The notes under the pieces are model-generated. The model searched no databases, was not told the DNA's origin, and worked only from the letters and a program-made list of their open reading frames with translations. The position numbers were made by a program, and so were the translations under genes. Shown here in pieces: positions 8,674-16,113 of a DNA stretch of 22,146 nt. Numbering within the stretch: position 1 is the first letter of the stretch; each line of letters starts with the position of its first letter. The DNA is from a bacterium (GTDB taxonomy: Bacteria > Zhuqueibacterota > Zhuqueibacteria > Zhuqueibacterales > Zhuqueibacteraceae), in NCBI GenBank assembly GCA_044869275.1, contig JBIOXB010000109.1, positions 1-22,146 on the forward strand, in the 5' to 3' direction.

Positions 8674-8937
8674 TCAAATCTGCCCTTCCAACTCTCCCCG
8701 AATTACCTTACCTATCAATTCTCTACTTTTTTGCCGCTTCAACCAGCGCTCCAGTCTTTGTGCTTCAGCTTTCGTGGCCAGTGCTTTCGAAAAAACCATT
8801 TGCCACGGGCGACCGCGCTGCGTCCAACCTTTACGCGAAGTATTGTGAAAATGCAATCGTTGTGCCGGATCATGCGAGCTGCCGATATAATATCGATCCA
8901 AACTCGGCGAATACAGAATGTAGATATAATAGCCCAC
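8674..8937 (-). CDS. stand-alone GIY-YIG nuclease (UPF0213/SLX1-like), 87 aa
   Basis: YYIYILYS..LDRYYIGSS.D...RL..HN.....WT..GRPW..V.......AEA..LE..LK. GTG start at 8937 with GGAGG upstream. The TGA stop directly abuts the tRNA fragment. Confidence 0.92.
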   Translation of the reverse strand: MGYYIYILYSPSLDRYYIGSSHDPAQRLHFHNTSRKGWTQRGRPWQMVFSKALATKAEAQRLERWLKRQKSRELIGKVIRGELEGQI

Positions 8938-8955
8938 CCTGCCCTCCAAAACAAA

Positions 8956-8982
8956 GAAACCCAGATTCATCCTGAGTTTTTC
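8956..8982 (-). terminator. terminator-like hairpin, weakened variant
   Basis: Minus strand GAAAAACTCAG-GATGAAT-CTGGGTTTC-TTTGTTTT; carries a C>T change and 2 extra A relative to the other two copies. Confidence 0.55.
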
Positions 8983-8986
8983 ACCT

Positions 8987-9050
8987 TGGCTCCCGAGGCA
9001 GGACTTAAACCTGCATCCCGAAGCTTCGGGATAACAGCCGCCGGCTCTGC
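8987..9050 (-). pseudogene. tRNA-Asn-derived fragment with palindrome substitution
   Basis: Same as 8610-8673 apart from two substitutions (including T-loop TTC>TTT); palindrome at 9015-9032. Confidence 0.85.
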
Positions 9051-9103
9051 TCAAATCTGCCCCACCCAGCGAATATACAATGCAGATAGAATAGCCAGTC
9101 CAC
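9051..9103 (-). pseudogene. internally deleted GIY-YIG copy
   Basis: Degenerate 5' end (GYSICIVYS vs GYYIYILYS) joined directly to the 3' end GGGCAGATTTGA of the intact gene. Confidence 0.75.
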
Positions 9104-9121
9104 CCTGACCTCCAAAACAAA

Positions 9122-9146
9122 GAAACCCAGATTCATCCTGGGTTTC
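9122..9146 (-). terminator. intrinsic terminator after tRNA-Asn
   Basis: 9-bp stem GAAACCCAG/CTGGGTTTC plus T-rich tail, 4 nt after the CCA. Confidence 0.7.
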
Positions 9147-9150
9147 ACCT

Positions 9151-9226
9151 TGGCTCCCGAGGCAGGACTTGAACCTGCAACCTAGTGGTTAACAGCCACC
9201 CGCTCTGCCGGTTGAGCTACTCGGGA
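9151..9226 (-). tRNA. tRNA-Asn(GTT)
   Basis: 76-nt cloverleaf: acceptor TCCCGAG/CTCGGGA, anticodon arm GGTGG-CTGTTAA-CCACT, T arm GCAGG-TTCAAGT-CCTGC, encoded CCA. Confidence 0.97.
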
Positions 9227-9274
9227 GTAGCTATCTCTCTTGAAATCTTCTTAGCGTCATTCTTACTGCGTTCT

Positions 9275-9338
9275 TTGAACCTGCATCCCGAAGCTTCGGG
9301 ATAACAGCCACCCGCTCTGCCGGTTGAGCTACTCCGGA
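9275..9338 (-). pseudogene. 5' tRNA-Asn-derived copy with palindrome substitution, 3' end missing
   Basis: TCCGGAGTAGCTCAACCGGCAGAGCGGGTGGCTGTT-ATCCCGAAGCTTCGGGAT-GCAGGTTCAA, then similarity stops; palindrome at 9285-9302. Confidence 0.85.
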
Positions 9339-9351
9339 ATATACAAATCTA

Positions 9352-9381
9352 ATAATACGACAACTTACCACAAAAAGTCAA
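9352..9381 (-). promoter_or_regulatory. putative sigma70 promoter of the tRNA-Asn locus
   Basis: Minus strand TTGACT (9381-9376)-18 nt-TATTAT (9357-9352), 13 nt upstream of the first tRNA-like copy. Confidence 0.65.
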
Positions 9382-9468
9382 TACTTAAAATTCGCCGTCA
9401 TATTCTTTAAGAATCAGCACGATGGGCTGCGTAATGCTTGTTCGCATGTGACGGCATGAAAACGCGGG

Positions 9469-9987
9469 TTATGGAAAATTGCGCAGCAAAGTTTTCACCA
9501 ACACGACGCAGGTCGAATCCGTGCACGAAGTGTTTACCACTTCATTCCCAGGCACCTTGGCTTGGATGGAACCGAAGTTCGTAGCGTAATCATTTTGGCG
9601 CCATTCCAGGAGATAGGCGGCCCAACGTCCGGCATCAATGCGTGCCGCCACTTCGGCCTGACTTTTGGCCACTGCCCCGGCGGATGCGCCACCGGGAAGT
9701 CTTGCACGACCCACCGTCCACACGACCCCGGCCTGCGCATGGATGGCCTTCTCACCCAGCTCTCGGCGGAATGCGATTTCGTCCGGCTGTTGCACGATGC
9801 GATCCTGTAGAGCGATCAAATTCTGAACTTCAGTCGCGGTGAGAGACGCAATATTCGCTTGCGGCGGATTTTGTTCGACACCATAATTGACCTGGCTCGT
9901 TTCTGTCTGATGAGACTGGCTTTGATCACCTTGCCGTTGACAGGCACTCAGAATCACCAAACAAACAAAACAAAACGAATAGCGCAT
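9469..9987 (-). CDS. hypothetical lipoprotein
   Basis: MRYSFCFVCLVILSA-C lipobox followed by a Q/S-rich linker. Start moved to ATG 9987. Confidence 0.7.
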   Translation of the reverse strand: MRYSFCFVCLVILSACQRQGDQSQSHQTETSQVNYGVEQNPPQANIASLTATEVQNLIALQDRIVQQPDEIAFRRELGEKAIHAQAGVVWTVGRARLPGGASAGAVAKSQAEVAARIDAGRWAAYLLEWRQNDYATNFGSIQAKVPGNEVVNTSCTDSTCVVLVKTLLRNFP

Positions 9988-10058
9988 AGCAAGATTCTTT
10001 CCCAGCTTGGAATTCAGCCCTTCATTACTTAGATTCGAACGCACGCACATTGCCTCAC

Positions 10059-10154
10059 GGGAATGGATGGGAGCCTGGTGGCCTCCGCGGTCTTCAAAAC
10101 CGTTGCTCCGCCATACACATGGCGGAGGGTGAGTTCGATTCTCACACGTTCCCG
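10059..10154 (+). tRNA. selC: tRNA-Sec(TCA)
   Basis: Anticodon arm GCGGT-CTTCAAA-ACCGT (TCA at 10094-10096), extended D stem around TGGT, long variable arm CTCCGCCAT/ATGGCGGAG, T arm GTGAG-TTCGATT-CTCAC, 8-position acceptor stem, discriminator G. Confidence 0.93.
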
Positions 10155-10388
10155 CTCATTTTCCTTCATGCACAATTCCGTAATTTGCCGCGCCCAGCCG
10201 TACAAGCTTGTGATTGCCGGCCTCCATTCACCCCTGACCCTACGGTAAATAATTGTTAGTACCACATAGCAAATCACTTGCACCAGATTCATCGGACCAT
10301 ACTAAGTGCGGTCAAAACAGTATTGAATAAGATCGCTTGACCGTAAAAGCTAATGATCGCCAGGTCCAAAAAGTTGGCTTTGAGTTTT

Positions 10389-10404
10389 TGGCCGCCTTTT
10401 TGCA
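10389..10404 (+). promoter_or_regulatory. possible sigma54 promoter
   Basis: TGGCCGCCTTTTTGCA with GG-N10-GC spacing, about 100 nt upstream of ATG 10506; weaker -24 match than the 6107 site. Confidence 0.3.
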
Positions 10405-10505
10405 AGGTAATGGAACAGCATGTCAAGCCAGGATAATGCTTGCAGAGCTCATCAGCGCACCGCCAAGGTTTTCAGGACAAAAATCAACGAGAAAAGGACG
10501 TTCTT

Positions 10506-11018
10506 ATGAAACCGCAAACCGCTTCCACGAATGGAAATGCGCATGTTGCGCCGGCCTGTGTGATCGTCATTCTCTTCCTGTCGTCCGTTTCCCCAAGTCT
10601 GGCACAGAACTATGCAATTGTTCAGCACCATCGTTACTTTGCCCTCGCTGGCGAAGGCTTGACTGCCGATATGCCGGCAAGCTCTGTTGAAGCAGATGAA
10701 GACGAGTTCCAGGCCGAGCTAGCTCCCACAGAAGAGATTTCTTCGAACAAGATGGCGGGCAAGCCAGCCGGCACGCTTCCATGCGAGGCACTCGGCGGCT
10801 TCCAGGAAAGCGACACCATCCTTTCTGCTCCCCGGGCCACGCCTGCTCCCTCAGAGGTGGAAGCCACCAGCGCAGAAACCGATCCTTTCTTGGTGGGTGA
10901 AATCCAAACTGTACAGCGCATGATTCGATTGATGAAGCTGAAAGAAGAAATCATGCTGCATAAAGCGCGCTTCGCGCAAGAGTTGGCGGATTTGCAGCAG
11001 AAGATTGCAAACCAATGA
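10506..11018 (+). CDS. secreted hypothetical protein (acidic low-complexity middle, C-terminal coiled coil)
   Basis: ATG 10506 after AAGGA; hydrophobic stretch ending SLA-Q; heptad-rich C-terminus. Confidence 0.55.
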   Translation: MKPQTASTNGNAHVAPACVIVILFLSSVSPSLAQNYAIVQHHRYFALAGEGLTADMPASSVEADEDEFQAELAPTEEISSNKMAGKPAGTLPCEALGGFQESDTILSAPRATPAPSEVEATSAETDPFLVGEIQTVQRMIRLMKLKEEIMLHKARFAQELADLQQKIANQ

Positions 11019-11142
11019 GCGGCAACGGAAAAGTTTGCCTGCTGCTGTCATGCGTTTTCTGAGCGGGCCTCGAGTCAAAACCAGGCATCACCGTTTGACA
11101 TGCCGGCCATCGCGCCGGGATGACTTTTTATTCGCGAGCGGG

Positions 11143-12507
11143 CTACTGCGTGCGCAGCTTCTGTGCCTGCCTTTGCGCTTCTGCTTTCAGCGGCGTATCC
11201 ACCTTCGCTCCGATAACCGCATCCAAATGCGAAGCCGCGCGCTCCACCTGCCCCAGGCGTGCTAACGCGAGCGCGAGATAGTAATGCGCGATCAAGTTCG
11301 AGCGATTCTGCTTCACGGCGCGCTCCAGATGCTCGAGGGCGTCGGTGAATTGGTTCAGCTTGATCAGATTCTTAGCCCAAAGCGACAAGAGCACGGAATC
11401 GGACTTGCCCTGTTCATGCGCTTTCGCCAGGGCCTGCACCGCCTCTACCGATCGATCTAAAACGTCGTACGCCGTGCCCAGTTGTTTCAGATATAGCGCT
11501 TTGCCAGGATTGAGCTTGCTGGCCTGGGTGAAAGCCTTTGCGGCTTGATCCGGAGCGCCCGCCCGCAGCGAGGCCACCCCCAATGCCGCCCACACCTGAT
11601 CGTCTTCCGGTTTTCTCTGGAGGTACTTTTGGTACATGCGCGCCGCGGTCTTGTAGTCGGAATAGAGAAAAGCCTTGTAGCCCTCGGCGTACAAGCTTTC
11701 AAGATTGGCGGTCGGCATTTTGCCGGTATCCACGCTGGTGGCGACAATACCGCGCTTGGCGTGATTGGCCAGTGCGCCGTGTTGATCGAGGTCGATGACT
11801 TTGCGATAATTGGCATTCGCGTTTTCGGTGTCGCCCAGCAGTGAATAAATCTTCGCCACGCCGAAATAGGCGCGCACCTCCTGGGGCGACAACTCAATGG
11901 CGCGCTGAAAGCTGGCAATGCCTTGCTGATACTTTTTCAAAATGCTGTAAACCGCGCCAATATTCAAATGCGCCAGCGCGTTGCGCGGATTGAAAAAAGT
12001 GCTTTCCTTGAGATGGACTTCCGCTTCTACAAATTTGCGCAGCTTGAGCAATATCGTGCCGAGAATTAGATGCGCGCGATGGTAAATCGGGCACACGGCG
12101 AGACAATGCCGCAGATTTTCAACCGCTTCCGTGTAGTTCTTGTTCTCGAACGAAGCGATGCCAAGATTGAAATAATACTCCGGATCGTTCGGATTCAACG
12201 CGACCGCCTGCACCCACTTGGTAATGGCTTTGGCAAATTCCTTTTGCCGCGCTTGCGCCAGCGCCTCCTGATGCAATTTCTCGGCATCGACATTCGCAGA
12301 CGGAGACTGCCACCGTAATTCCGCTTTGTTGTCGAAAATGTTGACTTCCAGCTTTCCTTTGTTGCTGTAGCGCCGCTTCAGAAACTCCTCGATCACCGCC
12401 GGATCGGATTTGGCGGAAAGCAAATCTTGGATTTCGGGGTCGAGGTGGCGCAAATCGGAAAGTGAGATCGTCGCTGTAATCGATTTGGGGGAAGATTGAG
12501 GATTCAT
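11143..12507 (-). CDS. tetratricopeptide repeat protein
   Basis: Repeated A...P......Y..LG patterns throughout (roughly 10 TPRs). Confidence 0.9.
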   Translation of the reverse strand: MNPQSSPKSITATISLSDLRHLDPEIQDLLSAKSDPAVIEEFLKRRYSNKGKLEVNIFDNKAELRWQSPSANVDAEKLHQEALAQARQKEFAKAITKWVQAVALNPNDPEYYFNLGIASFENKNYTEAVENLRHCLAVCPIYHRAHLILGTILLKLRKFVEAEVHLKESTFFNPRNALAHLNIGAVYSILKKYQQGIASFQRAIELSPQEVRAYFGVAKIYSLLGDTENANANYRKVIDLDQHGALANHAKRGIVATSVDTGKMPTANLESLYAEGYKAFLYSDYKTAARMYQKYLQRKPEDDQVWAALGVASLRAGAPDQAAKAFTQASKLNPGKALYLKQLGTAYDVLDRSVEAVQALAKAHEQGKSDSVLLSLWAKNLIKLNQFTDALEHLERAVKQNRSNLIAHYYLALALARLGQVERAASHLDAVIGAKVDTPLKAEAQRQAQKLRTQ

Positions 12508-12622
12508 TCAAACAAAAGGGAAAGCTTCCCGTCAATAGTTTTCTGGGTGACAGTTACATTCATAAATAACGAAACCGGCGTTAGCCGATTCGGCATGTTC
12601 GCCTGAGAGTTTTTCTCGGGCT

Positions 12623-12699
12623 TGGTGCGCCAGGGGGGACTTGAACCCTCAGCCTTTGGCTCCGGAGGCCAACGCTCTGTCCAGTTGAGCTACTGGCGC
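12623..12699 (-). tRNA. tRNA-Arg(CCG)
   Basis: 77-nt cloverleaf: acceptor GCGCCAG/CTGGCGC, anticodon arm TTGGC-CTCCGGA-GCCAA, encoded CCA. Confidence 0.96.
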
Positions 12700-12709
12700 G
12701 AGTCTCTGC

Positions 12710-12780
12710 GCAGAGAGCACGGTGCGGAGGGCATAGCATGTAGTGTGAAAACGCTATGCGCTCTGCGCCTGGCGCTCTGC
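12710..12780. repeat. inverted array of degenerate heptamers (GCAGAGC type)
   Basis: GCAGAGA GCACGGT GCGGAGG GCATAGC (12710-12737) facing GCTATGC GCTCTGC GCCTGGC GCTCTGC (12753-12780). Confidence 0.75.
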
Positions 12781-13641
12781 AGCGATTACTGTGTTTTGCA
12801 TCAGCATGATGATCGTCATCGGGCCGACGCCGCCGGGGACCGGCGTGACGGCTGCAGCACGAGTTTGCGCCGCATCGAAATCAACATCTCCCACCAATCT
12901 AAAGCCTTTATTCGACGAGGCATCTGGTATCCGATTGACGCCGACGTCGATCACGACCGCGCCCTCGCGGATCATCTCAGCCTTCACGAACCTTGGCCGG
13001 CCAATCGCCGCGACCAGCACTTCGGCAGAAACAGTGATTTGGGCAAGGTTTTTTGTCGCGGAGTGGCAAACCGTGACCGTCGCATTTGCACGCGGCTGTT
13101 TTTGCATCAGCCATATGGCGAGCGGCATGCCGACAATAGCGCTACGGCCGATAATCACAACATGCGTGCCGGTGAGTGAAAATCCGCTGCGCACGATCAA
13201 TTCCCGCACACCCGCCGGTGTACACGGTACGAACGTTTCTTCTCCCAGTTGTAGCCGCCCGCGGCTAACGGGGTGAAAGCCGTCAACGTCCTTTTCCGGA
13301 AGAACGGCGGCGTAGACACGAGACGCATCTACATGTTCCGGCAGCGGTGATTGCACCAATATGCCGTGAACCTTATCCTCAACGTTTAGCTGCGCGATCG
13401 CTGCCAGTAATTCGGTTGTAGCGATCCTTTTATCGAGGCGCACCACGCGCGAATACATGCCGAGGCTGTCGCACATTTTGGCTTTAGCAGCAACATAGAC
13501 TTGCGAGGCTGGATCATCTCCCACCAGTACTGCGGCCAGTCCCGGAACGACGCCCTTTTGTTTCAAAAACTCAATACGCTGGATGAGCTCGGACTTTATT
13601 TGCTCGGCAATTCTCTTGCCGTCAATGATTGTTGCAGCCAT
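12754..13641 (-). CDS. folD: bifunctional methylenetetrahydrofolate dehydrogenase/cyclohydrolase
   Basis: IIDGK, YV..K, KDVDGFHP, PCTP.G, GRS.IVG.P, TPVPGGVGPMT. Start at ATG 13641. Confidence 0.97.
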   Translation of the reverse strand: MAATIIDGKRIAEQIKSELIQRIEFLKQKGVVPGLAAVLVGDDPASQVYVAAKAKMCDSLGMYSRVVRLDKRIATTELLAAIAQLNVEDKVHGILVQSPLPEHVDASRVYAAVLPEKDVDGFHPVSRGRLQLGEETFVPCTPAGVRELIVRSGFSLTGTHVVIIGRSAIVGMPLAIWLMQKQPRANATVTVCHSATKNLAQITVSAEVLVAAIGRPRFVKAEMIREGAVVIDVGVNRIPDASSNKGFRLVGDVDFDAAQTRAAAVTPVPGGVGPMTIIMLMQNTVIAAERQAQSA

Positions 13642-13679
13642 GAAAAATTTTGATTCGCAAAGATGGAGAGATATCAAGC

Positions 13680-14477
13680 TTACGCCAAGCACAAACGTTC
13701 AACGCCCACCGCCTGGGCGGTCGCCTTGTCTATTCTAACCACCAACGCACACAAACGCGGATTTTCCGTTGCCGGCTCGAAGCGCATTGGGATTTGGCGC
13801 ATGAACCGTTTGATCGCAATTTCCGTACGCATGCCGATCACCGAATCGAATGGTCCGGTCATGCCGGCATCCGTTATATAGGCCGTCCCCTTGGGCAGGA
13901 TGCGTTCATCCGCGGTTTGCACGTGCGTATGGGTGCCGATCACGGCGCTGACGCGGCCATCGAGATGCCAGGCGAGCGCCATTTTTTCCGCGGAGGCTTC
14001 CGCGTGCATATCGACGATGATGAATTTCGTGGTTTCGTGCACATGCCGGAGAATCGCATCGGCCACGCGGAACGGGCATTCGATCGAATACAAATACGTG
14101 CGGCCTTGTAAATTGAGCACTGCTGCTTTGGCGTCACCAGGCAGATCGATGATCACATAACCCCGGCCCGGATTTCCGGCAGGATAATTCGCGGGCCGCA
14201 AGACGCGCAAATCTTTCTGCCAGATTTTGAAAATCTCAGGATTGTCCCAAATATGATTGCCACCGGTGATGACGTCGACACCGAGGCCGAAATACTCCTT
14301 GGCAATCGCTTCAGTTAAACCCTTGCCATTGGCGCCGTTCTCGCCGTTCGCAATAATCAAATCTGGGAGATATTTTTCCCGCAACGAAGGCAACAGGCGC
14401 GCGGTAATATCGAGTCCTGGCTTGCCGACGATATCGGCGATGAACAGCACGGTCCAAGTTTCCGAGTCCCTTAACAT
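13680..14477 (-). CDS. ymdB: YmdB-like metallophosphoesterase (TIGR00282 type)
   Basis: DIVG.PG, NGEN, TGGNH, RPANYP, DMHAEASAEK, GTHTHVQTAD, TDAGMTGP; conserved position after rny. Confidence 0.93.
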   Translation of the reverse strand: MLRDSETWTVLFIADIVGKPGLDITARLLPSLREKYLPDLIIANGENGANGKGLTEAIAKEYFGLGVDVITGGNHIWDNPEIFKIWQKDLRVLRPANYPAGNPGRGYVIIDLPGDAKAAVLNLQGRTYLYSIECPFRVADAILRHVHETTKFIIVDMHAEASAEKMALAWHLDGRVSAVIGTHTHVQTADERILPKGTAYITDAGMTGPFDSVIGMRTEIAIKRFMRQIPMRFEPATENPRLCALVVRIDKATAQAVGVERLCLA

Positions 14478-14544
14478 GCGATTCCACGCGCTTCATTCAA
14501 ACCAAAGGAATATAGGCCAAAATTGCAAATATTCAAGGGAAAAA

Positions 14545-16113
14545 TCACTTCGCAAAATCCACCGCGCGATACTGCCGCACGATCGTGACGCGAATTTGGC
14601 CAGGATAATGCACGCTGTCTTGAATCTTGCGCGCAATATCAACCGCCATCTGTTCGGCGCGCGCATCGTCAACCTTGGCGTGCTCGACGATAATGCGCAT
14701 CTCCCGGCCGGCCTGCAAGGCGTAAGTATTCAATACCCCGGGGAAGGAATTGGCAATGCCTTCCAACTGTGACATGCGCTGGAAGTAGCTTGCCAGCGCA
14801 TCCTTTTGTGCGCCGGGGCGGCTGATGGAAATCTCGTTGGCTACGCCGACGATAATCGTCGCGGCGGTGAGCGCTTGCCCCTCGTGGGGCAGCTTGTTGG
14901 CGAACAGGATCGCGTTCTCTACCGTCTCGTTTTCGCCGTAACGCCGCGCCAATTCCGCGCCCAATTCTGCCGCGCTCGATTCGCTTTCTTTTTCCACGGC
15001 GTTGCCGATTTCATGCAACAGGGCCGCGCGCTTGACGAGGTGCGTTTCCAGACCCAATTCTGCGGCAATGATGCCCGCCAATATCGCGGTTTCGGTGCTG
15101 TGCTGCAGCAGGTTCTGTCCCATGCGGGTGTGATATTTCAACTTTCCCAGCAGCCGCACCAATTCCAGATGCAAGCCGTGCAGTCCGGTTTCGAGCAAAG
15201 CCTGTTCGCCCGCTTCGCGCATCCATTCTTCCACTTCGCCGCGCGTTTTTTGAATCACTTCCTCAATGCGGCCGGGGTGAATCCGGCCATCGGTGATCAG
15301 CCTTTCCAGTGACAATTTCGCGACTTCCCGGCGAATCGGATCGAAGCCCGAAATCATGACCACGTCGGGTGTGTCATCGATGAGCACTTCGATGCCGGTT
15401 GCACCTTCGAACGCGCGAATGTTGCGGCCTTCGCGGCCGATGATGCGGCCCTTCATGTCGTCATTCGGCAGCCGCACCAGAGACACCGTGGATTCCACGA
15501 TATGCCCGATGGCCGTGCGCTGAATCGCCTGCACGATGATCTCTTTGGCTTCGCGATTGGCGACCATGCGCGCTTGATCTTTGATCTCTTTGACGGTCTG
15601 TGCCGCCTCTTGTTTTGCGATCTCCAGAAAATTGTTGAACTGCAGGCGCCTGGCCTCTTCATTGGTCAGGCCGGAAATCTGTTCCAGGCGCGCGTTCTGC
15701 TCGCGCATCAAGCGTTCCAACTCCTGATGTTGGAGCTGCAAGTTTTTGTCACGCACGCGCAGGCTTTCCTCGAGCTGCGTCAGTTCCTGCTTCTTCTTGT
15801 TGAGCAAATCGACCTTGCGGTCGAGATTCATTTCCCGATTCGCGAGCTGGCTCTCATTCTTTTGCAATTGCTGCAAGCGATTCTTGCTCTCCTGCTCGAA
15901 TTCCTGGCGCTTCTGAAAAAGTTCCTCGCGCGCTTCCAGCAGTTTTTCCTGTTTGAGATTTTCAGATTCTTGCTGCGCTTCGGCGGAAATTTGCTTGATG
16001 TATTGTTCGGCGCGGGCGATTTTGTCGCGCGCCAGCTTCTGTCGCAACAGCCATCCGAGCAGAAAACCGGCGCCGGCACATACCGCACCGGCCACGATCG
16101 TTACGATCGTCAT
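14545..16113 (-). CDS. rny: ribonuclease Y homolog with degenerate HD domain
   Basis: N-terminal TM helix, coiled coil, KH domain (KGRIIGREGRNIR..E..TG....IDDTP), DGRIHPGRIEE, C-terminal QAGRE.R...YPGQI.VT..R. ATG 16113 behind GGAGG. Confidence 0.95.
   Translation of the reverse strand: MTIVTIVAGAVCAGAGFLLGWLLRQKLARDKIARAEQYIKQISAEAQQESENLKQEKLLEAREELFQKRQEFEQESKNRLQQLQKNESQLANREMNLDRKVDLLNKKKQELTQLEESLRVRDKNLQLQHQELERLMREQNARLEQISGLTNEEARRLQFNNFLEIAKQEAAQTVKEIKDQARMVANREAKEIIVQAIQRTAIGHIVESTVSLVRLPNDDMKGRIIGREGRNIRAFEGATGIEVLIDDTPDVVMISGFDPIRREVAKLSLERLITDGRIHPGRIEEVIQKTRGEVEEWMREAGEQALLETGLHGLHLELVRLLGKLKYHTRMGQNLLQHSTETAILAGIIAAELGLETHLVKRAALLHEIGNAVEKESESSAAELGAELARRYGENETVENAILFANKLPHEGQALTAATIIVGVANEISISRPGAQKDALASYFQRMSQLEGIANSFPGVLNTYALQAGREMRIIVEHAKVDDARAEQMAVDIARKIQDSVHYPGQIRVTIVRQYRAVDFAK

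Larger units (their letters stand above)
8469..9338 (-). mobile_element. tandem tRNA-Asn-fragment / GIY-YIG nuclease array (putative selfish element)
   Basis: Near-identical repeated blocks. tRNA CCA ends at 8610, 8987 and 9151; hairpins at 8581, 8956 and 9122; GIY-YIG GTG starts at 8562, 8937 and 9103. Full unit is 377 bp. Confidence 0.7.

Noticed and set aside
8938..9120. 148-aa version of the GIY-YIG ORF
   Set aside because: The N-terminal extension reads through the deleted copy, pseudo-tRNA and hairpin; SD plus GTG at 8937 matches the normal domain start.
8638..9302. Palindrome as a tRNA intron or class II variable arm
   Set aside because: It replaces the 3' strand of the anticodon stem, so removing it does not restore a cloverleaf; each copy also lacks one end of the tRNA.
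8581..9338. CRISPR array interpretation of the repeats
   Set aside because: The repeats are tRNA-derived, spacing is irregular (377 and 164 bp), the intervening DNA is nuclease gene copies rather than unique spacers, and no cas genes are present.
10155..10340. Integrative element or att site at the selC 3' end
   Set aside because: No duplicate of the tRNA 3' end and no integrase in the window; only a loose inverted repeat (ATTTGCCG...CGGTAAAT).
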